Source of the DNA: a virus
Length of the DNA: 64,000 nt
Direction: 5' to 3' (one strand)
Virus record (IMG/VR): IMGVR_UViG_3300025154_000076
Coordinates: 8,080 to 72,079 of that record
Shown here: in pieces, positions 30,069 through 41,104 of the stretch
How the letters are laid out: each line of letters opens with the position of its first letter
How positions within the stretch are numbered: the stretch's first letter is position 1
Notes under the pieces: generated by a model
What the model was told of the DNA's origin: nothing
Database searches by the model: none
What the model saw: the letters and a program-made list of their open reading frames with translations, nothing else
Program-made: the position numbers and the translations under genes

Positions 30069-31016
30069 TTATTTTTGTAATACTTTTTCTCTTTCGACAA
30101 CTTTTTCAGCCATTAAATCTAATATATCCCTGTGATCTGCAAGAAAATCCCTTAATTCAGGGTATTTATCTTCAGAATTAATCACAATACATATATCATT
30201 TCCAAATTTCCCTTCCTCCGGCATCCATCTCCATTTATTCTTTTCTGCATCAAAAGCAATTACCATTTCTGATTCAGCAATATTTATAGCTGCCAATATT
30301 TGAATATCTTCACCCATTTCTACCCGGTCAAGAAACTCATTATATCCTTCTCCCTTACCACCTGATTTCTTCTCGGCAGTTACTACCTTTTTCTTTAATT
30401 CTCTCCTTATGATAGATAAATCAAGGTTTTTAACCCCTCTCACTCCATAACTTGCAGCAATCTGACGAACATCTTTTTCTTTCAAATATTGATTGGTAAA
30501 AATAACCTGCATTACATTGGTTTCAAGCAAGTCATATTCAACTTCTTTCTTAGCTTCTAATATTTCGCTTCGTACAATGAATTCATCATTATATCTGTCT
30601 GCCATGATGAATATCAGGAAAAACAATAAATCCAATTGACTTTCATTAACATAAGCATCTTTGCCTAATACATAATGCGATGGATTGGGATTCATATTCT
30701 TTTCTTTATCCCTTTTTATTGCATTAGCAGAATAAATCCAATCACCACTTAAACTTTGATTTTTAGAAGTAATTGTTTTTACACAACGATACCTTTTTGG
30801 AGCTGGCCATTCGGCTACTTTAGAATAAGCGTTTACACTTCTGAATTTCGGATGAAACTGAAAATGTATGGGCCATTTAACTTTTTTAGGATCCGCACTG
30901 CCATTAGAAATTTCTTTATAAAAATCTTCAATAACACCAAAAGCCTCTTTTTCTAAGGCACTCATAGAAACTTTCTTTTTGTTGAGGTCTACTCTTTCTT
31001 CGTTTAAGTATAACAT
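30069..31016 (-). CDS. conserved head-module protein downstream of MCP
   Basis: 315 aa, position typical of crAss-like head module. Confidence 0.55.
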   Translation of the reverse strand: MLYLNEERVDLNKKKVSMSALEKEAFGVIEDFYKEISNGSADPKKVKWPIHFQFHPKFRSVNAYSKVAEWPAPKRYRCVKTITSKNQSLSGDWIYSANAIKRDKEKNMNPNPSHYVLGKDAYVNESQLDLLFFLIFIMADRYNDEFIVRSEILEAKKEVEYDLLETNVMQVIFTNQYLKEKDVRQIAASYGVRGVKNLDLSIIRRELKKKVVTAEKKSGGKGEGYNEFLDRVEMGEDIQILAAINIAESEMVIAFDAEKNKWRWMPEEGKFGNDICIVINSEDKYPELRDFLADHRDILDLMAEKVVEREKVLQK

Positions 31017-31030
31017 AGTTTGTGTGTGTT

Positions 31031-31072
31031 AAAAAAGATAAAGGGTTCCATATTCAGAAACCCCTTATCTTT
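31031..31072 (-). terminator. intrinsic terminator after MCP
   Basis: AAAAGATAAAGGGTT...AACCCCTTATCTTTT inverted repeat. Confidence 0.65.
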
Positions 31073-31079
31073 TGGTTAA

Positions 31080-32534
31080 TTATGCATTTTTTATGATATA
31101 TGATTGATTCATTTTTAATGCTTGTAGTCCTACATGATCTCTCCAATAGGTTCTTGTAACATCATGTTCACCAGTATAAGGCATATGATTTCCGGCTGCC
31201 CCTACTGTCCATAATTCTCTCTTACGAGAATAACCATTCATGGCTCGGTATCTCATGGAAATATTTGGTAACGAAATTTTCTTTCCGTTCACATCTTTTG
31301 CCTGAACAGTAGAAACAGGAAAACCAAATCCCCATTTATTGATTGAATAACCGGCTGCGCCATAAGTCTGTGGATTACTGAATGAATCTACATTTTGGAA
31401 TACATGCTTAAAGCCTGAACGCTCAATACATGAAAAACCAAGTTGCAGACCCAATTCTTTTGTTCCTTTTTGACCCAAATAATCATAGATAAGTTTATCT
31501 CCTGCGCTTGCAGCAGTAACAACATCTAATCCTAAATTGTCAATTTGACGTTTGAATTTATGTCCACCCATCCATAAGATTGTAGTGGAATTAATTCCCT
31601 GAGAACGGAAATGATCTTCTGCCTGATCTAAATCATCAAGGATAAAGTTTTCATCAGCATAAGTACCAGAACCACCAAGACTTGAATTCCATGAATACAA
31701 CCCCTGTGAGTTCTTAATGTGGTTTCCAACACCTTCGCTATCGGTAGTTCCATTTGTATTGGTTGTGGTAACAATCAATGCAGCCGGAGCAACTTCACCA
31801 AACATAATCAAACCTTCCTGATAAATATCAAGTCGTCTTTCTGCTCTTGCTAATTCCGGGCTATAAAGATTAAGAATTTTTCCACCATTTTCATACTTCT
31901 TAAACCAAGCCTCGTTAACCAATTGAGTTCCCTCTGCTTTGGTTGATTCAGCTAAAATTTGAGCACAAAAAGTTCTTTTTTCATAACCCTGAGAAACAGC
32001 TTTAGGTTGCCCTGTTCCTGCTCCTTTAGAATGGGTGATTATTGACATTTCAACACCACTCGCAATTTGGTGAGGTGTAGATACATCAACAGCTATTGTT
32101 GAATTTAATGGATAAGCATACAATGTAATTGTAGACCCACTTTCGGTAATCTTATTAATACGAGCATTATAAACATTGCTGCCTTCAGGTACTAATAAGT
32201 GAAAACCTACTCTTGGGTAATAATTGTCATTACTATCCAAATCATCGGCATCAAGAACAAATTTCCAACACTTCAATGATCCATCATCAGTACCATAACT
32301 CGATGCCTCGGCAAGAGTAACAGTTCGGTGAAACATACCTTCTTCAAATACAGACCATTCATCCTGTGATACAGGAAGGAAGCGATCCATTGCTTTCAAA
32401 ATATCAACAGCCATAATACCTTCGTTAAATTTTTGGATAAGCTCCAATGCATTTTGTGGCTGTAAAAAATCAAATGTGCTAAGATAGTTAACTTCGGTTA
32501 ACCCATCCTGCCTCGGTAAATAATTATTTGACAT
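31080..32534 (-). CDS. major capsid protein
   Basis: 484 aa, after portal and scaffold; HK97-like features (EEG..., QILAES..GT, YQEGLIMFG, SQGL); followed by terminator. Confidence 0.8.
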   Translation of the reverse strand: MSNNYLPRQDGLTEVNYLSTFDFLQPQNALELIQKFNEGIMAVDILKAMDRFLPVSQDEWSVFEEGMFHRTVTLAEASSYGTDDGSLKCWKFVLDADDLDSNDNYYPRVGFHLLVPEGSNVYNARINKITESGSTITLYAYPLNSTIAVDVSTPHQIASGVEMSIITHSKGAGTGQPKAVSQGYEKRTFCAQILAESTKAEGTQLVNEAWFKKYENGGKILNLYSPELARAERRLDIYQEGLIMFGEVAPAALIVTTTNTNGTTDSEGVGNHIKNSQGLYSWNSSLGGSGTYADENFILDDLDQAEDHFRSQGINSTTILWMGGHKFKRQIDNLGLDVVTAASAGDKLIYDYLGQKGTKELGLQLGFSCIERSGFKHVFQNVDSFSNPQTYGAAGYSINKWGFGFPVSTVQAKDVNGKKISLPNISMRYRAMNGYSRKRELWTVGAAGNHMPYTGEHDVTRTYWRDHVGLQALKMNQSYIIKNA

Positions 32535-32606
32535 AACAATTTCGTTTTTAAGTTATTTAATGTGATTAATCCCTTTCTATTCATCACATTAAAAAAACAA
32601 GACTAC

Positions 32607-34034
32607 TTAACGCCTTATCCCATGATAAGCCATCACTTTCTTTTCTTCTTCCTCATTCTGTTTTTTGTAGTCCGGCATCAACCCCTTATCTTCCGAAACA
32701 ATATTTTTCTTAGTTAACTTTGTCCCAGTCCTTTGGGCATACTCATCATCAACTTTTCTTTTTGTTTCTTCAATAAGGTGTTTCCTTATCTCTTTTTTGT
32801 AAAGATGTTCAAAACTTCGATAAATAAAGTCATCAATAAACTTCAAATGTTCATCATTAGTGGGGTCAATCTTGTATTTACGAACATAATCCTTAATGTT
32901 CTTTTCTATTTCGCTTCGTTGCGAATTAGATACTTCCATTTCAACCAATGGTTCAGATTCACCTTCTTCTGCATCAACATACTTAGTGAAATTAGTGATT
33001 TTACCCTTTATTTTATCATCCCATGTACTCAATCTTGTAGCCTCCGCTATCCTCGCTTGACTATCCGATTGCTCACGTTCCTTTTGAAAATCAGGTAAAT
33101 TTGTTTTGTCTTTCATCTCCTTAAACTTTTTAATTATAGGAGATACTTCACGCTTTAATTCAAGCTTATTCATTTCAATTTCATCCGCTATCTCTGCCTG
33201 TATTCCCTGACTATTAAAATCTTCATCATCCATGTCCTTATATTTACTATCAGAACGAAAATGAGAAGGTGTTAATTTGTGTTTTTTCTCGAAGTATCTG
33301 CGAACTAACCTTGGGTCATCCTTGGGATTTTCCGCTAAATGATCTTCTACAAGCAAATTTAATGGATTTACATTTTCAGGGTCAAAATTCTTAATTCGTA
33401 AAAATTCATCAAGACCCTTTCCTGTCTGCTTTCTGAAATGATAAGCACGTACAAATTCTTCATCTTCAAGAAAAGGATTGCTGTTTTCATTGGCTTTTTT
33501 AATTAATGCCTGGTTATCCTTTTCTAAACTTTGTACTTTTTGAGTTAATCCCTTTAATTCCTGAGTAGCTTGATCAAGGCTATCATAGTTAGTACCAAAC
33601 ACCCTGTTTAGTATGCCTAACTCTTTTTCAGGTTCTAACTCAACTTTTCCAGATGGAGAATCTGTATGTTTTAATAATTCTGTATATTCTTTCTGAGCAT
33701 CTTCATCTGTAGTTGAAATTTCAGGAACATCTTTTTTACCCTTATATTTTTCAACTTCTTTTAAAAACTCATCTTTTGATGTAAATTTTTGTTCACCTAT
33801 TTTGTATTCTGGAACCCCTTCTTTTGATGCTTCACTTTCATCCGGCTTTTTAATTTCTAATCCTTCAAATGCTGATCTTTCAGCAGTAGGGTCTGTAAAT
33901 TCATGCCTTTCATCTACCCTATCATGCTTTGCAGGATCATAATCTTCATCTGCCCTTAACATGCCTGGCTCGTTCATCATTATTCCTCCAACGTTTATTG
34001 GAGCATCTGTATTTCTAAAAATAGGTCTTTCCAT
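32607..34034 (-). CDS. putative scaffolding protein
   Basis: acidic coiled-coil protein between portal and MCP. Confidence 0.6.
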   Translation of the reverse strand: MERPIFRNTDAPINVGGIMMNEPGMLRADEDYDPAKHDRVDERHEFTDPTAERSAFEGLEIKKPDESEASKEGVPEYKIGEQKFTSKDEFLKEVEKYKGKKDVPEISTTDEDAQKEYTELLKHTDSPSGKVELEPEKELGILNRVFGTNYDSLDQATQELKGLTQKVQSLEKDNQALIKKANENSNPFLEDEEFVRAYHFRKQTGKGLDEFLRIKNFDPENVNPLNLLVEDHLAENPKDDPRLVRRYFEKKHKLTPSHFRSDSKYKDMDDEDFNSQGIQAEIADEIEMNKLELKREVSPIIKKFKEMKDKTNLPDFQKEREQSDSQARIAEATRLSTWDDKIKGKITNFTKYVDAEEGESEPLVEMEVSNSQRSEIEKNIKDYVRKYKIDPTNDEHLKFIDDFIYRSFEHLYKKEIRKHLIEETKRKVDDEYAQRTGTKLTKKNIVSEDKGLMPDYKKQNEEEEKKVMAYHGIRR

Positions 34035-34064
34035 AATTAAAATTTTTTGTGTGTGTATGTACTA

Positions 34065-34072
34065 CAAATATA
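34065..34072 (-). promoter_or_regulatory. Bacteroidota-type -7 box
   Basis: minus-strand TATATTTG about 30 nt upstream of scaffold start. Confidence 0.45.
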
Positions 34073-34078
34073 TAAAAA

Positions 34079-36481
34079 TTAATTTACATTAGATGTTTCT
34101 CTTTGCAGCCTCGATTCAAGGGCAATCCTTTCTCCTTGTTCTGCACGTAATAACAATGATTCTACCGTTGCTATCCTTTTTTCAAATTCACTCTCGGCTG
34201 GCATAGTAATAGTGGCTTCAAACATTTTTTCTGCTCTTATTTCCTGAATCTTATTCTTAGATTTATTATTATCTATCTCAATAGCCAACATTGCTTCATT
34301 TTGCTTTATCTGTTTAGATATTTCAAATGCTTGTATATCACTCTTTCTTTTTTCTTCTCCCTGTGCTTGAACCCTTTCTATTTCCATTTGGTGATTCAAT
34401 TGCCTTTCCTTGTTTTCAAGGAATGAAATCATAACCCTTACACTCTTTAAAGGAACATTACTTGCTGTCATTTCTTTAAGTAACAAGCCATGTGATGCCC
34501 GAATAAGGGGTACACCATTCTTTCCTGACTGCATGGCAACAGTAATATAGTTATCTAACTCTGCCTTTTGTTTTTCTGTAGGAGCAGCCTCTACCTTAAT
34601 TGCATAATTAGTCCTTACAATCTTTTCACTTATCTGTAATGTTTTTAAGGTATGTTTACCCAATACAGGATAATATGCTTCATAAGCTTCCGGAAAATTC
34701 TTTAATAGTATTTGAGAACGAATACATCCACTTAATGCTATTAACTCTTTTAAATTCATATATGCCTTATATAAAGGTCTTATTGCATTATTAGTGGCAT
34801 GTAAGGCTAATTCTGAACCCCTTACGGAGGCATTAGGATCTGGGGTGCTTGCATCTGCAACCTGATTTATTCCTGTTATATCACGAAGCATTTCTATTCT
34901 AAACTTAATATCATTAAGTAGTTCAACCCCTAATTCTCCCAAACCACCTCTTAATTCTTCCATTGGCTTACCTAAGTTATTTCCAAAACCGGATAATCCC
35001 ATAGGTGTTACCTTAAATAATAAATCTCCTTTAGTCCTTCGTATTTCTAAAATTGTCATAGGACTTAATTTATTACCCCCTATTTTCAGGTTTGAAATAG
35101 AATCAATATTTATAGCAAGACCCGGAGGTGCTGCATTGGCTTTAGCATTCTGTAATTTCAACATATCAAGCTGTATCTCATTCAATATTGGGATACAACT
35201 TTGAACCATTGATTGACCCGGCATTTTAACCATCTTTAATGACAATCGAACTTCACCATTTTCTCTTGGTTGCCCGGATTTAATACCATACTCAAAACAA
35301 TGTTCTGTACCTATAATCAAATGGCCATAATAAACATTATTTATTTGTGTTTTTCTTGTTTTTCTTTTTTCTGAATCCTTTTCTTTACCCCATTCTTTAC
35401 CTTTTTGGGCATAAACCCTTTCTTGCCCATAACTACTTTTTACCAATGTATCATAGAATGTATCTGTGGATATGGTTTCAAAAACAAGAACTTTAATTTT
35501 GTGATTATCATAAGGTGTTGGGTTATCCGAAGATAGTCTATTTACTGATGTAGTATAGTTTTTTGACCCTGTATATCCGTTTTCTGTTGCCATTGCATAC
35601 AAATCATCTTCCTCAAATCCTTTCTGTCTTAATTCAGCAATTGAATAATTCTCAATGTATCCCCAAAATTCTGCGTTTTTATATAATGGACTACTATCTC
35701 TTTGTATAATTACACTTGCAGGGTCAACATATTTTATTCTTGTTTTGTTTATTTGGGTATCTAATTCATCCCTTACAGCAGCATAATTTATTTTAATTAA
35801 ATCACCATATATTAAATCCTTTATTTCCTTATCCCAATCCGATATATCAAAATTATGCTGAATCATAAATTCCATTGCTAATTCCTGATTGAGTTTAAAA
35901 CCTCCCATGCTTTCAAATAAATTCAATTCCTGCGTATCTTCTGGAACATAGGATTGTTTATCGTATGCCATGCCCCTTCTCTCATATGCTCTTTGCTTAA
36001 ATGCCTGGGTATAATTCTCTTTGTATAATTCCCATTTTGCATCTTCCTTTTCCATAGAACTTATCTTATCTAAAGCTGTTGCTCCAATAACGTGTTCCAT
36101 AGTGCTAAAAACACCCAATAATATTCTTACATATTTAGGCATAATAGGTACAATAGACCAGTCAATATTCATTAACCCCTGACGCTTCTCTTCTTTTGTA
36201 AACCCTGAATCATATTGTGTGGATTGAGTAGTGGTTTCATTATTGATATTTACATCAAAATGAGGTTTATATTGATCGGAATCTTGCATACCATCGCCAT
36301 AAGCCCTTTGAATAGCAAATATATCTCGCATAGCATAAGGAGTATCTGCATTTTTCTCTCCATAGTCCATAATATATTTACCATAGCTGACAAACCAATC
36401 CTTATCATTCCTTTTTACATCAGGATTTATGTCATCAGAAGGTCTTTCTATATCTTTAAAATCTGTATTTTTTAGTTCCAT
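34079..36481 (-). CDS. portal protein
   Basis: 800 aa after TerL; NIDWSIVPIMPKYV, IKYVDP, IRDITGINQV-like crAss-type portal motifs. Confidence 0.85.
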   Translation of the reverse strand: MELKNTDFKDIERPSDDINPDVKRNDKDWFVSYGKYIMDYGEKNADTPYAMRDIFAIQRAYGDGMQDSDQYKPHFDVNINNETTTQSTQYDSGFTKEEKRQGLMNIDWSIVPIMPKYVRILLGVFSTMEHVIGATALDKISSMEKEDAKWELYKENYTQAFKQRAYERRGMAYDKQSYVPEDTQELNLFESMGGFKLNQELAMEFMIQHNFDISDWDKEIKDLIYGDLIKINYAAVRDELDTQINKTRIKYVDPASVIIQRDSSPLYKNAEFWGYIENYSIAELRQKGFEEDDLYAMATENGYTGSKNYTTSVNRLSSDNPTPYDNHKIKVLVFETISTDTFYDTLVKSSYGQERVYAQKGKEWGKEKDSEKRKTRKTQINNVYYGHLIIGTEHCFEYGIKSGQPRENGEVRLSLKMVKMPGQSMVQSCIPILNEIQLDMLKLQNAKANAAPPGLAINIDSISNLKIGGNKLSPMTILEIRRTKGDLLFKVTPMGLSGFGNNLGKPMEELRGGLGELGVELLNDIKFRIEMLRDITGINQVADASTPDPNASVRGSELALHATNNAIRPLYKAYMNLKELIALSGCIRSQILLKNFPEAYEAYYPVLGKHTLKTLQISEKIVRTNYAIKVEAAPTEKQKAELDNYITVAMQSGKNGVPLIRASHGLLLKEMTASNVPLKSVRVMISFLENKERQLNHQMEIERVQAQGEEKRKSDIQAFEISKQIKQNEAMLAIEIDNNKSKNKIQEIRAEKMFEATITMPAESEFEKRIATVESLLLRAEQGERIALESRLQRETSNVN

Positions 36482-36500
36482 TGTTTTTATTTCAAATTTA
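36482..36500 (-). promoter_or_regulatory. Bacteroidota-type -7 box plus leader
   Basis: TAAATTTG at 36493-36500, same leader as at 29979-29998. Confidence 0.55.
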
Positions 36501-36509
36501 ACTAAAATT

Positions 36510-38777
36510 TTAATATTTATACACCTTCACGAATTCACTTAAATCCACCTCGTCATTATTGGCATGTTGGAGTATTTCCTTATACTTTGATTTAGAACCT
36601 TCTAATGCTAATGCTACTGCTGTAAAACGGTCATAATGGGTTAAGTCAAATAAACCCCTTATCTGCAAGCAATCATCAATAAATTCAATATGATTTAATG
36701 TTGTTCCCCTTTGCTGAATGTAATCTCTCACATTCCTAAACAACTTTTGTTTTGATTCATCTGATTTTGTATCATAGCCATAAAAAGGTGTCAACTCCTC
36801 AAACCCTGATTTATTTATCTTTATCTGCCTCATTAGATAACCATGATAATTCCATTGTCGGAACCATTCCTCTATTACCGGAACGTTTCTTTCAGGATTC
36901 ATTATGCCTCCCCAATAGATAGATGCTTTAAGAGCTTCCTCTGCAAAATCTTTTGTTTCAGGTGGTCTTTTTTGATAGGTGGCAACAAGTTTAAATGTAT
37001 CCCATTCTTTTATGTCTTTCTTATCATCAAGAGAAGGGTCATAATCCCTTACTACAGACAATCCTCCATCAGAACCTTTTTTATTTGATTTAGTCCGACT
37101 AAAAGTAAAAGCATCACCACCTAATGTATATTGCGGATCAGCAGGATAATAAACCCCTTCATTTCTGTATCTCTTATTACGAACCCTTTCTAATGGTTTT
37201 TCTGATATTATCCAATCAGCATCACTTCTTTCAGCACAAGAAACAAAAACTACATCATTTCCGAAAATCCCATTCTGCCATTCTAAAAAACCAAAAATAC
37301 AAGGGTCATAATCAAATTCAAGTTCACCCCTTCTAACTTCAAGTATCTCTCGATTGAAATTTATTTCATCAGCGGAAGGGGTAAAACATTCCCTATATGT
37401 TAATGGTAATTTCCTTACATATCCTGCAAGTCCATCAAAATCTTTAGCCTTTCTGTATTTTGCCCTGTTAGCCATTATGTCATCCAGTGAACCCTCTGTT
37501 ATCATTTTCCCATCTACTCCCTTTATAGGTTTTTCTGGTGTATGCATTACAGATGCTCCATATTCATCAATAAAACCACCCCTTCCATCAGCAGCACTCA
37601 TAAACACATTAACTAAACCCGATAAGGTTGACCCATTCTTTCGATCTCCCCAATGTGATTGTTCACATAGTTTAGTATATTGTTTCATTGCTTCAGCAGT
37701 AGTTTCTTCAACTGTTGTAGTGTAAATCATCCATCCATTAATATTACCTCCATCATTTAAACATTCCTTCAATGTCTGATGCCTGGCATGAACATCTTCT
37801 AATTTTGTTTTACCCGATTCATCCACATTCAATATGTTTATCCTTCTCTTATCATAGTAACTCTTTCCGGCAGTAGTGGCAAAATCTGATACTGAATTAA
37901 GTCCTAACCTATCATCCATAAATGTTCCCTTTCCTCCGATATGTATTGCACCAGGCTTTAATGTTAGCCTTGTTTTTACATCAGTGGATCCTTCATGCAT
38001 GGGTTTAAAAAAAAATGGTAGATTATTAAACGGATATACAAGGTGTTTAGTAAACATTTCTTCTCCGTTATTTGAATCCATTCCTTGTATTCCACCTTCC
38101 CAATTCATGTGAGAAGTAATTAGGTTACAATGTATAGATAATGCCCTTGATGACTTACCTGCTCTACGAGCATCCATATTATTAGTACCATGTAGAACCC
38201 TTTTACCCCGATCAATCCCTAATTCATCTTCAGTAAGGTTAAATAGATATTCCTGAACAACAAACCACCTTCTATCTCTATCCCTATAATCAGGTAGTTT
38301 ACCTGTAAGCAATAAATAATAATTCAGGTAATACCAATGCCACCCACAAATAAATGTAGGCTTGCCTTTTATAAAAAACCATTTACCATTAAACCTATGA
38401 TACCATTGTGTTTTTATCCAATTAATTTCATCCTTAAATTCTGCTTTGTTTGCTTCAAGATATGCCCATATTTCCTCCACAGTCATAAATACCTCCATCG
38501 GTTTTGTTGTCTTTCTTCGCTTTTCACGAAGTAACATATCCGGGAGTTTTTTTAGCTTATCAGGTATTTGTTCGTATTGGAATTTCTGATCTTTAGGTTT
38601 TTGGTTAAACCCTTCTATCAGGTGTATATCTGGGCAAGAAGGAAGTTTAACCCTTATCTCTTGTAAATCCCTGTCATTACTATTTACAACAACCCATGTA
38701 TCTTCCGGTTCATAGCTTTTAAGAATATTAACATGAACTGTGGGATATTTCTTTTTTAGTTGTTGTAGATTCAGCAT
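36510..38777 (-). CDS. terL: terminase large subunit
   Basis: Walker A-like ARRAGKS, Walker B NVDESGK, nuclease GGDAF...SDGG and HYD; crAss-like ICGWHWYYLNY motif. Confidence 0.9.
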   Translation of the reverse strand: MLNLQQLKKKYPTVHVNILKSYEPEDTWVVVNSNDRDLQEIRVKLPSCPDIHLIEGFNQKPKDQKFQYEQIPDKLKKLPDMLLREKRRKTTKPMEVFMTVEEIWAYLEANKAEFKDEINWIKTQWYHRFNGKWFFIKGKPTFICGWHWYYLNYYLLLTGKLPDYRDRDRRWFVVQEYLFNLTEDELGIDRGKRVLHGTNNMDARRAGKSSRALSIHCNLITSHMNWEGGIQGMDSNNGEEMFTKHLVYPFNNLPFFFKPMHEGSTDVKTRLTLKPGAIHIGGKGTFMDDRLGLNSVSDFATTAGKSYYDKRRINILNVDESGKTKLEDVHARHQTLKECLNDGGNINGWMIYTTTVEETTAEAMKQYTKLCEQSHWGDRKNGSTLSGLVNVFMSAADGRGGFIDEYGASVMHTPEKPIKGVDGKMITEGSLDDIMANRAKYRKAKDFDGLAGYVRKLPLTYRECFTPSADEINFNREILEVRRGELEFDYDPCIFGFLEWQNGIFGNDVVFVSCAERSDADWIISEKPLERVRNKRYRNEGVYYPADPQYTLGGDAFTFSRTKSNKKGSDGGLSVVRDYDPSLDDKKDIKEWDTFKLVATYQKRPPETKDFAEEALKASIYWGGIMNPERNVPVIEEWFRQWNYHGYLMRQIKINKSGFEELTPFYGYDTKSDESKQKLFRNVRDYIQQRGTTLNHIEFIDDCLQIRGLFDLTHYDRFTAVALALEGSKSKYKEILQHANNDEVDLSEFVKVYKY

Positions 38778-39451
38778 TAAATATAGTTTCTTAGTTTATA
38801 CGGATTTATATCAACAGAGTTCTTTCCTTCCATAATCCTTAATGCTACCAATTCGGGTGTGAGTTCAAGCCTTTCCTCGTCAATGAGTAAATATATTGTT
38901 CTGCTAAGTTCTTGTGTGTCATCTGCTGTAAATATTTCCTTAACTAATGTAGACATCTTTTTTTCAAGCGAATCAATTGCGTTTATCTGTTTTGAATCAT
39001 AATCGCCACCTAAAAAACTAACCATCATGTTTTCATAAGCCTCTGATAACCCTACTAATTTTGTGTATTTAATGGAATTAAACAACATACAAAAACGAAT
39101 GATCATTCGGTTAACCTGTTCGTTTTTACCCTTTATCATAAACATTATTTTAGGATCAACCTCTTTTCTTTCGTTTACACTAAACCCGGATAACTTAACT
39201 GCATATGCCTTTCTTTCAAGTAGGTTAATTTCCAATAAAGGAGAGTTTATATCGTACATATAGCATATGTATCTTATTGTCTGGTCTTTCTCTATATCAG
39301 TGAACCCATCTATTTTGTCTTTGAATTCATTATAGTCCTTAAGCCTTCTGAACCCCTTATCGTCAAGACAAAAGTTTCTTTCGCTAATAGTATGTACAGG
39401 GAACATCATATTAGCAAAATCGGTATCCTTAAAGTTATAATCCGAAATCAT
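38777..39451 (-). CDS. hypothetical protein (terminase small subunit position)
   Basis: coupled upstream of terL; YICYMYDINSP motif. Confidence 0.45.
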   Translation of the reverse strand: MISDYNFKDTDFANMMFPVHTISERNFCLDDKGFRRLKDYNEFKDKIDGFTDIEKDQTIRYICYMYDINSPLLEINLLERKAYAVKLSGFSVNERKEVDPKIMFMIKGKNEQVNRMIIRFCMLFNSIKYTKLVGLSEAYENMMVSFLGGDYDSKQINAIDSLEKKMSTLVKEIFTADDTQELSRTIYLLIDEERLELTPELVALRIMEGKNSVDINPYKLRNYI

Positions 39452-40163
39452 ACACGTAAATTATATCCGCACGTTGAACAAAATAATATTTCTTATCCCC
39501 ATCAAATTGACTGTGAAATGAGTTTTCAAGCAAATAAGGGGTTCGCTTTTTACTAACACATATTCTTTGCCCTACAAATAGTTCATCCTCAAAATCCTGT
39601 TTAACCCCATATTTATAATTTTTGTTTCGGGATCCTACTGCTTTTACTGTCCATGATTCTATTTCTGCATTTTCCCTATTTATTTCAGGTATAAACACAT
39701 TATCGTATTGATTAAAATCATCCCTGTTTGGCTCTACAAGAATATATCCGTTTAAACAGATTATTTCATCTCCTCTTTTTGCCACTACAAATTCTTCATA
39801 CCGCAGCACATAATAAATCTCCCCCTCACAATTTATTTCAATTAAGTCTGTATGTTCATTACCTATAACCGCCAATGACTTAACCCAAACAATATCACCT
39901 GGTTTAATTTCAAGTGTGGTTTCCCATGATGTAGATACCTTGGAATTAACGTTTTCAGAATAGATTAACTTTCTTGGTGTTTTTATTATTTCAACTACCC
40001 TTCTTGAATGGGTATCTTCATCCCATGATACATCAATATCAATAGTGATATTAGTATTTGCCAACCTTTTTTTTGATGTGTCAATAATGGGTTTCACAAT
40101 AACCATGTTATTTACCAATACTATTTCATCAAATTGTTCCCTTGTTAATTTTATTTTTTCCAT
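39435..40163 (-). CDS. tandem GroES-like co-chaperonin
   Basis: two GroES-like halves (NNMVIVKP...IKPGDIV...YYVLRYEE; NGYILVEP...VKAVG...VGQRI...YYFVQRADI). Confidence 0.65.
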   Translation of the reverse strand: MEKIKLTREQFDEIVLVNNMVIVKPIIDTSKKRLANTNITIDIDVSWDEDTHSRRVVEIIKTPRKLIYSENVNSKVSTSWETTLEIKPGDIVWVKSLAVIGNEHTDLIEINCEGEIYYVLRYEEFVVAKRGDEIICLNGYILVEPNRDDFNQYDNVFIPEINRENAEIESWTVKAVGSRNKNYKYGVKQDFEDELFVGQRICVSKKRTPYLLENSFHSQFDGDKKYYFVQRADIIYVYDFGL

Positions 40164-40174
40164 GTCTGTTTATT

Positions 40175-41104
40175 TTAAAATAAGTATTTACTTAAATTTT
40201 TCTCTGTGTCCTTTAGTTCCTGATAATATAAATATGAAGCACTTTCTTCTGATACCATCATTTGTTTAAAGAATGGTGATACCTGAAATGCAGGTTTACA
40301 AAAGGCCTTATTATCTACTTTATTAACCCCTGTATTGTGAAGTATTTTAACCTGTGATAATCTCTCACTATTATCAGTGGCCATACAAAAGTCAAGTTCC
40401 TTATCCACTTTCATTTTGAACCCATATTTCCAAGGAACCCATAACATTGCCCACATTTCTGCTGTCCATGCCTGTATTGGATATTCCTGATCTTTTGGAT
40501 GATATTTATCTTTAGTGTTTATCATGTGAACATATAACTGAGTTGAAACCCTTTCTATTTCATCCCATAGTTCATAAGTGCCATTTTTAACTATCCATTG
40601 CGCCCCACCTGCTGCATCATCATTAGCCTCAACCAATAATGGGTCAATACCTACTATTTCACACATCTCAATAAATAGTTGTTCCCCTTTACTTTTAATG
40701 TATTTAGAGTTTAGGTATGACCTTGCATCTGACAAATACCATACATTATCCTTATCAAATTGATTGAGGTTTATTTTCTCTTTAAATATCACATCCGGGT
40801 CTGTATAGAAAAAGGTATCTGACCCAATATCCGAGTTGTTCTTAATAAATTCTTTCACAAGAAAGGGTTTCAAACTAACATGGTAACGGTTATCTATCCT
40901 TGTATCTCTTATTACATGGAATTTACATTTAAAATCATCTTTATGTTCTAATAACTTAAGAATGTATTCACTAACCTTATCAACTCTTTGTCCGATCAAA
41001 TAATGGGTTTCTGCTTCATAACCCATTCTTCTGAAATTATTTATTTGTACAAGTGTTTGCCATGCATAAAAAGCATTATCCGGTAATGTAATTAGAAATT
41101 TCAT
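40175..41104 (-). CDS. GT-A glycosyltransferase, possibly protein O-glycosyltransferase
   Basis: YTDPDVIF DxD motif, GGAQW, WTAEMWA, ILHNTG; reminiscent of peptidyl-Ser/Hyp O-glycosyltransferase folds. Confidence 0.6.
   Translation of the reverse strand: MKFLITLPDNAFYAWQTLVQINNFRRMGYEAETHYLIGQRVDKVSEYILKLLEHKDDFKCKFHVIRDTRIDNRYHVSLKPFLVKEFIKNNSDIGSDTFFYTDPDVIFKEKINLNQFDKDNVWYLSDARSYLNSKYIKSKGEQLFIEMCEIVGIDPLLVEANDDAAGGAQWIVKNGTYELWDEIERVSTQLYVHMINTKDKYHPKDQEYPIQAWTAEMWAMLWVPWKYGFKMKVDKELDFCMATDNSERLSQVKILHNTGVNKVDNKAFCKPAFQVSPFFKQMMVSEESASYLYYQELKDTEKNLSKYLF

Noticed and set aside
36510-38777. Intron or intein in terL (also checked dnaB and MCP)
   Set aside because: The ORFs are continuous and of expected size, with no intein splice motifs seen.
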